From positions 304,759 through 368,758 of IMG/VR virus record IMGVR_UViG_3300025162_000016: a DNA stretch of 64,000 bases; one strand, 5' to 3'. Positions 10,048 through 19,664 of this stretch are shown here, piece after piece; the stretch's first letter is position 1; the number at the start of each line of letters is the position of its first letter. The position numbers were made by a program, and so were the translations under genes. The notes under the pieces are model-generated. The model made no database searches. It worked only from the letters and a program-made list of their open reading frames with translations, and had not been told where the DNA came from.

Positions 10048-10298
10048 CTATATCACTAGTGGATTTCACCAATTTCCCAGTCGATTTCACCAATCGACTG
10101 GGAGACATTTTTCTCCTTTTTTTCACCGCTCATTCAATATTCCGGTTTTTCAACAAATAGCAAGCAATTTTATTAACTCTAACCTTAGAGTTGATCGGCT
10201 ACTGTGAGAGACTGAGAGCGGGGGGGAAAGTTGTCGGTGCTGGAAAATAGAGTAAAATAAGTCTTGCAATACCGGGAATAATCCGTAGAATGTTGACA

Positions 10299-10637
10299 AT
10301 GAAAAAACAAATACTTCCTCGCACTGGAAATTATTACGGTATGTCCATTGTCCCGACGTATGGGACGGGCACAACTACATGGGTCGAAGGAGAAATGATG
10401 AACACTGATTACGGTCAATTCCGTAGAAGGGGGATAGTGATTCATGCGGGCACACAGGAACTTGTAATGGTAAGATTAGATGTTCCTGATACTTTTTTCA
10501 GTATCCCAGCCACCACAAGAGCAGAACATGGATATGTCACCACGAATGCGAAGGGTGAATTTGAATTCCGCCCGCATACTACCCAAACCGTTTCCCCAGC
10601 ACAATTTCGGAAAGATACTAAACACGCATACAAATAA
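10299..10637 (+). CDS. Hypothetical phage protein
   Basis: PDTFFSIPA motif; cassette promoter. Confidence 0.65.
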   Translation: MKKQILPRTGNYYGMSIVPTYGTGTTTWVEGEMMNTDYGQFRRRGIVIHAGTQELVMVRLDVPDTFFSIPATTRAEHGYVTTNAKGEFEFRPHTTQTVSPAQFRKDTKHAYK

Positions 10638-11074
10638 TATTTGACTTTCCAACAATAACCTATAGAATATCAACAATGAAACAAACATTTGAACAATGGC
10701 TGGATAGAGTAGATGCTGAAATTCAAGCGATAGCGGGAGTGTCTTTACTCGATCTTCCCGATTGTTGCTATCAAGATTGGTACAACGATGAAATATCAGT
10801 GAAAAGGGCAGCGAAAAAAGCGATTCGTACTGCCCAAGAATAAAACCTAGATAAAACAAATTTCCCGCTTGATTTCACCAGTCAAGTGGGAAACTCTTTT
10901 TTCCTCGTGTTCCAATCATTTCGGTTTTTCTCAAAAAAGCAAGCAATTTTATTAACTCTAACCTTAGAGTTGATCGGCTACTGTGAGAGAGAAATTGCCG
11001 GTGGCTAAAATAGAGTAAAATAAGTCTTGCAATACCGGGAATAATCCGTAGAATGTCCATAGTTAAATAAATAT

Positions 11075-11266
11075 ATGCCATACGACGATAACTTCGGTAA
11101 TTGGGAACTGGACGGCGAGGATAGAGACGAAACAATGTCGTTCTATCGCCACTGCCAGAATAATTCAGTGGAGAAAGTGTGCTCCATTTGCGGTCGTCAT
11201 GTAATGTTGATGCCCCAATACGACAAGTGTGATGCGTGTTGCCGTCGCATTGAAAACGGTTATTAG
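11075..11266 (+). CDS. Small Zn-finger-like protein
   Basis: CSICG..CDAC; terminator at 11288-11311. Confidence 0.65.
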   Translation: MPYDDNFGNWELDGEDRDETMSFYRHCQNNSVEKVCSICGRHVMLMPQYDKCDACCRRIENGY

Positions 11267-11515
11267 TCTTAATCGCCCACAAATCATGCTCCCTTCGGGG
11301 AGCCTTTTTTTTGTACTTTTCACCGAACAATCAGCAATTTTATTAACTCTAACCTTAGAGTTGATCACTCGTCCTGGTACAGTATAATTGCCGATATATC
11401 GGCGATTAATTGGCGTATGGCATCATCTATGCTTAGTTGCCGGGGGAAAGCCGGAAAGAGTAAAATAAGTTGCGAATATTCTTGCAAATTAACCGGCAAC
11501 CCGTAAGATTAGGAC

Positions 11516-12142
11516 ATGCTAAATAAAACTACTGATACGGGAGCGGTGCTAGACTTCACTGCCCTTGTCAGCTTACTGGACGGTAACAAGTCGGCCCGTT
11601 TCATTTCTTTGCTCTATCGGACAAAGGAAAGCGGGGAAGTGGCTCGTCATACGCTGCTGTTAAACGTCAAGCGGGAGCGGTGCTTGAAAGTTGACCTGGC
11701 TAGCCTTACTGCCTTGCGCCCTAGCCTTACGGGCATTGAAGCGCAAGCCTGTGATGAATTGGTGGCCAGCATTACGGAGTCTTTGACAACGGGCAGCAAC
11801 AAGCTTTATACAAAGAAGGGTTATTACACTGCCGAGGGTAACGGTAACGTCCAGGTGTCGGTAAAGGACATTGCCTACGTGCGAGGGTATTCCATCGGCA
11901 AAGAGGTTATTACGGAAGGCACCTATAAGAAAGTTAAGTCTAGTGACAAGACTATCGCCAAAAACAAGCTTCGCAAGGGGCTTAAGAATACCAGGGTTCG
12001 GGAATTCGTTATCACGCCAGCAAATTTCATTATGGCTCGTCATAATGGCAAATCCATTGAAATTAATGCACTGCGAACCGATTTCAATTCTTTGGCGGAA
12101 TTGCCCCCAATAACAATCGCCAGTCCTGCCGTTGCAGTGTAA
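11516..12142 (+). CDS. Hypothetical protein
   Basis: 208-aa ORF after TTGCAA/TAAGAT promoter. Confidence 0.7.
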   Translation: MLNKTTDTGAVLDFTALVSLLDGNKSARFISLLYRTKESGEVARHTLLLNVKRERCLKVDLASLTALRPSLTGIEAQACDELVASITESLTTGSNKLYTKKGYYTAEGNGNVQVSVKDIAYVRGYSIGKEVITEGTYKKVKSSDKTIAKNKLRKGLKNTRVREFVITPANFIMARHNGKSIEINALRTDFNSLAELPPITIASPAVAV

Positions 12143-12413
12143 GACGGGTTAACAGGGAGCGTTCCAGCATTGGGCTGGACGCTCTTTTTATTTGCTTTAT
12201 TTCGGTAACGTTATCGGAATTAGACCAGGATAGGTACACGTACAATGTACCGAAAACCGTACGAAAAGTCAATCGAAATTTCAATTTATTTGAAATTAAA
12301 TCTAAGGTTAGAGTTGATCGACAAGAGCGAGCGAGAAATTGCCGGTGAAATAGGTTAAAATAAATTGTAGAAAGTATTTGACTTCAAACCGGAAAACCGG
12401 TATCGTGTTGACA

Positions 12414-12704
12414 ATGAAATCAATACCTATGGAACAGATAACGATAGAAGACAGGAATCTCCGTATCGGTGATGTCGTGCGACTCCTATGTACTGGAGAA
12501 GTAGTAGATACTGGATTTAATCAGCTTGTCGTCATCAACAAGACGGAAGAAGCAATTACCTTTTTTCGTCCTTACGTGAGCTTAGGGGACTTTACATATA
12601 CTGGAGGGGTAATACCCTATATCGGAATTGAGCGGTTCGACGCTCCGTTCCGGGGAGCCGTTTACATACTCCTGGATAATATCTATCGGGAAAAAGCAAT
12701 TTAA
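12414..12704 (+). CDS. Hypothetical protein
   Basis: ATG after promoter cassette duplicated at 12745-12897. Confidence 0.6.
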   Translation: MKSIPMEQITIEDRNLRIGDVVRLLCTGEVVDTGFNQLVVINKTEEAITFFRPYVSLGDFTYTGGVIPYIGIERFDAPFRGAVYILLDNIYREKAI

Positions 12705-12938
12705 TCATTGGAGCCGCTCATAAAGATGGGCGGCTCCAATAGTTTATTTGAAATTAACTCTAAGGTTAGAGTTGATCGACAAGAGCGAGCGAGAAATTGC
12801 CGGTGAAATAGGTTAAAATAAATTGTAGGAAGTATTTGACTTTAAACCGGAAAACCGGTATCGTGTTGACAATGAAATCAATACCTACGGAACAGAAAAC
12901 GATAGTAGACATTTTATAATAATTAACTAAATACATAT

Positions 12939-13409
12939 ATGGGATACAACACGCAGTTTACTGGTCAGTTCAATCTAAACAAACCTCTTTCCGAAAAGGA
13001 TAAAGAGTTTCTAACCACGCTTTCGGAGACACGCCGGATGGCTCGTAAGGTTGATGCAAAGTATGGTATTGAAGGGGAATTCTATGTAGATGGGGCCGGG
13101 ATATTTGGTCAGGATAAGGATGAAACCATTCTTGACAATAACTGCCCTCCCAAAACTCAACCTGGATATTGGTGCCAATGGGTGCCAAACGATGATGGAA
13201 CGGCTATTATCTGGGATTGCAATGAGAAGTTCTATGAATACATTGAATGGATTAACTATTTGATTAAGAATCTTATTGAACCTCGGGGATATTCACTTAC
13301 GGGAGATGTTGAATGGCAGGGAGATGAACCGGATGATTTTGGGATTATCTCTATCAAAGACAACACGGTGCGGATTGGTCAAGGTGTGCGGAGCTATATC
13401 TACAGTTGA
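12939..13409 (+). CDS. Conserved phage hypothetical protein
   Basis: MGY.T.F.G.F, PPKTQPGYWCQW, EKFY.Y.EW, W.G.E motifs. Confidence 0.75.
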   Translation: MGYNTQFTGQFNLNKPLSEKDKEFLTTLSETRRMARKVDAKYGIEGEFYVDGAGIFGQDKDETILDNNCPPKTQPGYWCQWVPNDDGTAIIWDCNEKFYEYIEWINYLIKNLIEPRGYSLTGDVEWQGDEPDDFGIISIKDNTVRIGQGVRSYIYS

Positions 13410-13757
13410 TCCTTTTTAGTCTGCCGCCGAAAGTTTGACGGCAGACTTGACATTTTAGAATAATTCTGATAGTATCAGAAAAGAGGAATTTGATCTGATT
13501 TCAGATTCTGACTCTTTTCCCAACGAATTTACACTAGTAATTGTGGAAATTAACGTAGTTTAACGGCCCACTTTTTCACGGTCAGGATAGTTTGTCGGCC
13601 CACTTTTTCACACCCACCCTAAAAACGTGGGCTTTTTTTGTACATCAATTCCATTAACTCTAACCTTAGAGTTGATCGCTTATGCTGACAACGCCGGTGT
13701 CTAAAATATTTTCAAAAGGTGTTTGACTTCAAACCGGGAAAACGGTATCGTGTTGAC

Positions 13758-13964
13758 ATGAACAAAATCTACGGAAGTCGAACAGAAAAATTGCAACGGT
13801 ATCAAGCAGCCGTCAAGACAATGACGCAAGAACAAGTCGATGCCTGTGCCTGGTTGTTCGGTGGGTATGGTTCTGCCTGGACCCCAGCGAATTGTGCGGC
13901 TCGGTATCAAGAAATTCTAGATCAAGAAATTTCAGAACGAGGGGAAGATAAAACGGGAAATTAA
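13758..13964 (+). CDS. Hypothetical protein
   Basis: ATG right after cassette promoter. Confidence 0.55.
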   Translation: MNKIYGSRTEKLQRYQAAVKTMTQEQVDACAWLFGGYGSAWTPANCAARYQEILDQEISERGEDKTGN

Positions 13965-14008
13965 AAATAATTCTTGCTTTTTTCAATATAACCAGTAGAA
14001 TAACAACC

Positions 14009-14446
14009 ATGAAACTTACATTAACAGTATCGGAGTTAACCGCAATCGTCCGGCACCATTACGCTTTACCGGAACTAACAATCGAAATCGAGGGACTGAA
14101 CGCTATACCCGTTTCCCATGCTATCACGGCAGACAATTTGATTGCCGACCTGCACCACCGCCCATACCCGGCCACGAACGTCTTCAATCCCGCCATCACG
14201 GCAGACAATTTGATTGCCGATCTGCACCACACTAATTGCTTTGATGTTAACAACAATATTGCGCTCGATCATAAGATCGCCGCAATAAAAATCTTGCGGG
14301 AAGTGGTTTGTAACTCCGCCCCCAATACGCAATGCGGACTGGCACAGGCTAAGTGGGCGATAGAGGACTGGCATAGGTTCATTAAATACGTCCGCCAGAA
14401 TGGATTTCCCAAAATGGGAACAGATGACAATAAGAATTGGAGTTAG
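14009..14446 (+). CDS. Hypothetical protein with ribosomal L7/L12 C-terminal-like motif
   Basis: KIAAIKILRE..GLAQAK..IE; internal duplication AITADNLIADLHH. Confidence 0.6.
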   Translation: MKLTLTVSELTAIVRHHYALPELTIEIEGLNAIPVSHAITADNLIADLHHRPYPATNVFNPAITADNLIADLHHTNCFDVNNNIALDHKIAAIKILREVVCNSAPNTQCGLAQAKWAIEDWHRFIKYVRQNGFPKMGTDDNKNWS

Positions 14447-14751
14447 TACATCTTGAATACACGGAGCACTTGGCGGTGCTCTTTGTCCTTCCCTCGCTTG
14501 ACTGGTAATCTTGCGAGGGACTTTTTTTGTTGATTTCACCAGAAAAAAACTAAGTTTCACCAGATAGTTTTTTCCTCCTCCTCCTTCCTCCACTTTCACC
14601 ATTCTTCCGGTATTTCACCGAAAAGCAAGCAAATTTATTAACTCTAACCTTAGAGTTGATCGCTTATGCTGACAACGCCGGTGTCTAAAATAATTTGAAT
14701 TATTTTGATATTCCAATTGACATTCAAATACTTTCTGATACTCTCTTGAAC

Positions 14752-14991
14752 ATGAACATAAACACAGTCCGAATCGCACGTAAATTAAATAAAATCAGTG
14801 TCGCAACTTCTGCCCGCCTTATGCGAAGGCTGGGAAGGGTCAACCCCAAAGCAAATAATTGGGAAGCTTTTTGTGCCTTGCGGGCATCTATCATGCGGGA
14901 AGTTAAACCTCAAATTCAAGCCGCAAGGGATGCCGAGGAATGGATGGAATCACGGCACCGCACGACAAAGCGCCGGTACATAGACGCATAA
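14752..14991 (+). CDS. Hypothetical basic protein
   Basis: ATG after TTGACA/GATACT promoter; terminator at ~15005-15033. Confidence 0.55.
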   Translation: MNINTVRIARKLNKISVATSARLMRRLGRVNPKANNWEAFCALRASIMREVKPQIQAARDAEEWMESRHRTTKRRYIDA

Positions 14992-15150
14992 GCCACCCAA
15001 AACAGTGCTCCGCAAGTGCGGGGCCTTTTTTTTGTACATCAATTCCATTAACTCTAATCTTAGAATTAATCGCCCTCCTGGCGAAGCCGGTGTCTAAAAT
15101 AATTGAAATTATCTCTTGCAATTCATGTCATAATTAGTATATTGTTAAAC

Positions 15151-15396
15151 ATGAACGCTATGTTTACTGAAAAACAAAAACAATTAATTGCCGACCTTGC
15201 GATTGACCTTGCGCCCGAAATGGCGCAAATAGAGGCGAAGCCGGAAACAACCCAGCACCATTATGCGGATTATGGTGCCTTGCTCTCACGGTTAGCTAAG
15301 GGCAATCGTACGGTGGCGATGGTCCTGGCGCACGCTTTCATCAAAGCCGGAGCACACCCAGTGGGTGTAGCCAATGGGCTAAAAATCTTTGTATAG
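15151..15396 (+). CDS. Hypothetical protein
   Basis: ATG after promoter; terminator at 15411-15438. Confidence 0.6.
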   Translation: MNAMFTEKQKQLIADLAIDLAPEMAQIEAKPETTQHHYADYGALLSRLAKGNRTVAMVLAHAFIKAGAHPVGVANGLKIFV

Positions 15397-15664
15397 TTTA
15401 TCCCCACGCATGCCCACCCTAAAAAGGTGGGCTTTTTTATGTACATTTCACCGATAAGTTAGAGTTATTCCACCAATCTATTAATTTCACCAAAACATCA
15501 ATGATTTCGCCAAAATTAACTCTAACCTTAGAGTTAATAAACCTTGCTTCTGTAAACATCGCATTTATAGGTATTTACAGATATTTTGCAAAATTAGAGT
15601 TATTCCCTTGCTTTATTTTGCGAAACGTATAATCTCTGAATAGTTCAAATTAAATAATCAAAAT

Positions 15665-16150
15665 ATGACTGCAAAATCACTCTTCGGACCTAGGCTGGAA
15701 AATGGTGCGGAATACCAGAATGCAATTCGGACGGCGGCAACGGAACTGGCTTCCGTACAGGCCGGTATGGGTATCCCTAGCCTATTTCGCCCGTGCTGGA
15801 CGGATTGCGAGAGTGGCGGGAATGGTTGCCGCAATTTAATCGCCCGCATTCTCATCGAAAACGGTGCCGTCATTGACGGTACCGCCAAAAACGTACATCA
15901 GGGAATGACTACAGAGGCCATCATCTCCGCCGCCAGGGCCATAAACGGCTACGACAAGTATCCCGATCGGACATTTGAACAAAATCTCTCCGTCGTTATG
16001 ACGGAAAGCGGGCAGGCAATCGGTATCCAAATGAGCAATGAAGAGGATGCGGATCGGAATTCCGATGCAAGCAAGGAAGGGAGAATCAGTCGACGCAAAA
16101 ACGCAATTGCAAAAAAGCCCAGGAAATCATGGTTTTTGGTCCTAGAATAG
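15665..16150 (+). CDS. Hypothetical protein
   Basis: 161-aa ORF; terminator at 16180-16207. Confidence 0.6.
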   Translation: MTAKSLFGPRLENGAEYQNAIRTAATELASVQAGMGIPSLFRPCWTDCESGGNGCRNLIARILIENGAVIDGTAKNVHQGMTTEAIISAARAINGYDKYPDRTFEQNLSVVMTESGQAIGIQMSNEEDADRNSDASKEGRISRRKNAIAKKPRKSWFLVLE

Positions 16151-16551
16151 GCCAATAGAATAGGCCAATAGAATTCACTGGATCGCCAAGGGGCGATCCT
16201 TTTTTTTGTACATACCCACATACCAGACTAAAATCCAATCGCCACCATCGGCACGTAGACGCCAGCAAATGCCTATCCTGTAGCCTATGCCATAGGGGGG
16301 GGGGGGGGGGGGGGGGGGGGGGGTAGGTGATTCTAGCTGGAGAGAGGGGGGGAGTGCCCCCGCCCCTCAAGGTTATTTTACTATATGTCTTCATTTTTCG
16401 TGGAGTTTTCTTATACGTATATATGTAGAGATATATATAGTGATATAACAACTGAATTATTTCGACATTTTACGGTGTATGAGGATTAAGGGTGTTGGGG
16501 TGGGGGGTAAAAAAAACTGGGAAAAATTTTTTTATGGCAGGGATTTTATGT

Positions 16552-16758
16552 TTATGGGGAGGGATATTCGCTAGTAGAGGTAATGGATTCGATTTGGTCT
16601 TTTTTGAAGGTACGGATAGCATGGGAGTGGTAGCAGTAGGAGGTAATGGAGTCTTCGGTTTGGGAGATGGGGACGATGATTCGGGAAGTTTTCTCATTTT
16701 TGGCATCGACGTAAGAAATTTTGTAGAGGGTAGGATTAGGGATGCAGATATTTTTCAT
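16552..16758 (-). CDS. Stand-alone WYL-like domain protein
   Basis: ISYVDAKNEKTSRIIVP...YC....IRTFKKDQI matches the WYL consensus. Confidence 0.65.
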   Translation of the reverse strand: MKNICIPNPTLYKISYVDAKNEKTSRIIVPISQTEDSITSYCYHSHAIRTFKKDQIESITSTSEYPSP

Positions 16759-16794
16759 AATTTTTTATTTTTATATTATTCACCGGAGATTATT

Positions 16795-17034
16795 TTATTG
16801 GGGGGGAATATTTTCAATTTTCAGGGCATTATAGATAGCGGTAGAGAGTTCGGTAGCTATTTCGGCACCCCGCATGAAGCCATGAGACCAGAGAGTTTTT
16901 ATAAATTCGAGTTCAGTTGGGGGTGAGTTTTGGAATTTGGAGAGTTTCAATTCGGTCCAGGCGGATTCTTTGAGGGACTCGACGTAGAGTGTTTTATTGG
17001 AAGTATATTCCTGTATATTAATTTGCATGTTCAA
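16795..17034 (-). CDS. Hypothetical protein
   Basis: 79-aa ORF co-oriented with the WYL gene. Confidence 0.5.
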   Translation of the reverse strand: MNMQINIQEYTSNKTLYVESLKESAWTELKLSKFQNSPPTELEFIKTLWSHGFMRGAEIATELSTAIYNALKIENIPPQ

Positions 17035-17145
17035 AGGTTATCAGATATTGGATGAGAAGTCAAGCTAGAAATGTTTGAATTTCATAATCTTCACTTCGTT
17101 GCGGAAACCCCTATCCCTTTAGGGTAGGGGAGGAGCAACGAAAAC

Positions 17146-17433
17146 TTATCCCTGAGTTTGTATGTATTTTTTGATTGTTTCTGGAGATGCTTCTCCAATG
17201 GAACAAGCGAAGTATCCATCAGAGAATAGAGTATTTTCTTTCCAATAATGCCCTTTGAGAAATGCTCTATGTTTTTTGTATATTCTAAATGTTGAAATGG
17301 ACTTGAAGTTATTGACCATTTCCAATACCGACTTTGTAGGAGGATAGTTAACCATTAGGTGTATGTGGTCTTGGTCTGTCTCCATTGCTTTGATGATAAT
17401 ATCCTTCTCATTAGCAATATCATACATAATCAT
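17146..17433 (-). CDS. tnpA: IS200/IS605 TnpA (Y1 HUH transposase), probably N-terminally truncated
   Basis: DHIHL HUH motif, FKSIS, SDGYF, IKKYIQTQ; only 95 aa. Confidence 0.85.
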   Translation of the reverse strand: MIMYDIANEKDIIIKAMETDQDHIHLMVNYPPTKSVLEMVNNFKSISTFRIYKKHRAFLKGHYWKENTLFSDGYFACSIGEASPETIKKYIQTQG

Positions 17434-17804
17434 AAATACTTCAAAAACTTTACTTCAAACCCGTCAATGTTCATTTCTTTGGCAATTTTAATTGCTTCTT
17501 CCTCAAAATTGATTTGGTCGTAAGCAATCTCTTTGAAGTTGTCTTCCTGAAATCCATTCAATCTTTGGGAAAATACTTTGTTCTTTTTCCACCACGATTT
17601 GATGTCATCAATTTTATTTTTACCACCTTGAAACTTATACCAACCCGCTTTCATAGCGTTCTGTTTGGTCTTGTATCCATAACCGCCAGCGTCATCCAAG
17701 AGTTTATCATTTCCATCAACAATAATCCATCTTGTTTCTGGTGGAATACCACTTTCAGGTTCTCTGCTCGGATACACCTTTTCTATAACTTTGAAATCAC
17801 TCAT
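17430..17804 (-). CDS. Hypothetical cargo protein
   Basis: LDDAGGYGYKTKQNA motif; overlaps the tnpA start. Confidence 0.65.
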   Translation of the reverse strand: MSDFKVIEKVYPSREPESGIPPETRWIIVDGNDKLLDDAGGYGYKTKQNAMKAGWYKFQGGKNKIDDIKSWWKKNKVFSQRLNGFQEDNFKEIAYDQINFEEEAIKIAKEMNIDGFEVKFLKYL

Positions 17805-17835
17805 AATGGGAAGTATAACACGAAAAATAAAAAGG

Positions 17836-18015
17836 TCAAGAACAATCGGTTTTATTTATTTTATATTCGGCATATAGTTCTTTTTGATATCGTTTCAGTT
17901 TTTCAATTATTTCGGGTGGTTGAATAACTGAGAATCTTTTCCAACCATCTTTCAATTTTCGTTCTATCCACATTTTTTGAGATTTCTTAATATAATTTGG
18001 TGTTTTTGTTTTCAT
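17836..18015 (-). CDS. Small basic TnpB-associated protein
   Basis: Similar to 48097-48246 (KTP.Y...Q..W.E...K.G...KLK..EL). Confidence 0.6.
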   Translation of the reverse strand: MKTKTPNYIKKSQKMWIERKLKDGWKRFSVIQPPEIIEKLKRYQKELYAEYKINKTDCS

Positions 18016-18039
18016 CTTGTATATATATAGAAGACTAAT

Positions 18040-18525
18040 ATGAAACACAAGAGAAATTTTTGTAAATGTGGAAAAGAAAAAGACATGCGGTCAGAATGGT
18101 GTCGTGATTGTTTTCTCTCTCTTTATAAAAACGGAGAAATTGAAATATTGACCGAAAAAACAAAAGAAGTTATGAGGCATAAACAAAGACATTTACCTCC
18201 ATTTCGTTCCTTATATAATTTTCTTTTAAATTCTCAAAAACATAGAAAGAAAAATATTATTGTAGATTTAACTTTTGATGAATTTCTCGAATTAACAAAA
18301 ATTTCCAATTGTCATTATTGTGGAGAATTAGTTAAATGGGAACCATATCGAAAGGTAGGTGCCACCTGTGCTTATAATTTAGATAGGAAAAATAATAAAA
18401 TTGGTTATACAAAAGATAATTGTGTGGTTTGTTGTAAAGGATGTAATATGTTAAAATCTTATTATGATGATAACGAATTCCTTTCACGAATACAAAAAAT
18501 ATCCAAAAATCTAAAACTATGTTGA
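18040..18525 (+). CDS. HNH endonuclease
   Basis: CHYCG..LDRKNNKIGYTKDNCVVCCKGCNMLK. Confidence 0.85.
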   Translation: MKHKRNFCKCGKEKDMRSEWCRDCFLSLYKNGEIEILTEKTKEVMRHKQRHLPPFRSLYNFLLNSQKHRKKNIIVDLTFDEFLELTKISNCHYCGELVKWEPYRKVGATCAYNLDRKNNKIGYTKDNCVVCCKGCNMLKSYYDDNEFLSRIQKISKNLKLC

Positions 18526-19664
18526 GTTATACGACCACACTTTTAGGAGATTGTCAAGAACTGAAAAAGTTACTTGAATACGAAAGGTTTGTATTCAACC
18601 TTGCTTCCAAGGAACAACTCCCAGAAACAAAGAACTCTCTTGTAGTTCTTCACTCCAAAGTGTATAAAAATGTTCGTAAGTCAAATCCAGAAATCCCATC
18701 CCAAGTAGTAATCAAAGCAGAACAAGAAGTCCTTGCTTCCTATCGTTCTACGAAATCCAATAAACATAAGAAAACTCTCATTGTAAAAAAGAACCTCTCA
18801 ATGAGGTTGGATAAACGATTGTATTCCATTCCCAATAAGTTTTCAATTCGTATAACAGGAGCAACGGAAGGACGAAAAGAATACAAGTTTGTTGTCTATC
18901 CACGACTCAAAGAGTTGATGGAAAAGTATCCATTCCAAGACCCACTTATTTACGAACATAATGGAAAGATTTGTATTGCTTTCTCCTTTGAGAATAAAGT
19001 TGAAAAAGTGAAACAAAGATTGGCATTAGGTGTTGATATTGGCATTCGTAGGAGTGCTGCTTGTTCGGATGGACGACTTATCATTGACAAAAAATTCAAT
19101 GGTGAGAAAAGAGGATTACGACATCTCAAAGATGACTTGAAATCCAAAGGCAGTAAGAGTGCTCGTAAGAAACTTCGTTATTCGTTGCGAAGAAAAGAAC
19201 GCAATAGGAATAAGAACCAAACCCATTTGATTGCCAATGCGGTTCTCTGCACAGACGCAGACACGATTTGTCTTGAAAACCTCAAGAGCATAAAAAGAAA
19301 AAAGAACAAATACCAAAACAAAAGAAGTATATCACAAGTTCCAATGTTTGAACTTCGTAGAGTAATAACCTATAAGGCACAGAACCAAGGAAAGACGGTT
19401 CTGCTTGTTTGCCCTTCTTTCACATCACAACGGGACTCGGTAACGGGTAAAGTTGAAGGTGAAAGAAGAGGTTGTAGATTTTATTCTAAGAATGGAATGA
19501 TATACGACTCGGACATAAATGCTGCCATTAACATTGGCAAAATGTCCAAACATCCCGTATCACAGACACAAAATCTGACTTATGGGCAGGCGTCAGTCAA
19601 TACGCCAAATGAATATAAGTCCCCGCTCATCGGGGCCGTTCAAGCACCTATCCCTTTAGGGTAG
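18519..19664 (+). CDS. tnpB: TnpB RNA-guided nuclease (Zn-finger-less variant)
   Basis: RuvC motifs LGVDIG, ICLENL, DSDINAAINI; 3' end overlaps the right-end hairpin. Confidence 0.9.
   Translation: MLSYTTTLLGDCQELKKLLEYERFVFNLASKEQLPETKNSLVVLHSKVYKNVRKSNPEIPSQVVIKAEQEVLASYRSTKSNKHKKTLIVKKNLSMRLDKRLYSIPNKFSIRITGATEGRKEYKFVVYPRLKELMEKYPFQDPLIYEHNGKICIAFSFENKVEKVKQRLALGVDIGIRRSAACSDGRLIIDKKFNGEKRGLRHLKDDLKSKGSKSARKKLRYSLRRKERNRNKNQTHLIANAVLCTDADTICLENLKSIKRKKNKYQNKRSISQVPMFELRRVITYKAQNQGKTVLLVCPSFTSQRDSVTGKVEGERRGCRFYSKNGMIYDSDINAAINIGKMSKHPVSQTQNLTYGQASVNTPNEYKSPLIGAVQAPIPLG

Noticed and set aside
16086-16451. Poly-proline ORF
   Set aside because: Arises from the poly-G tract read on the minus strand
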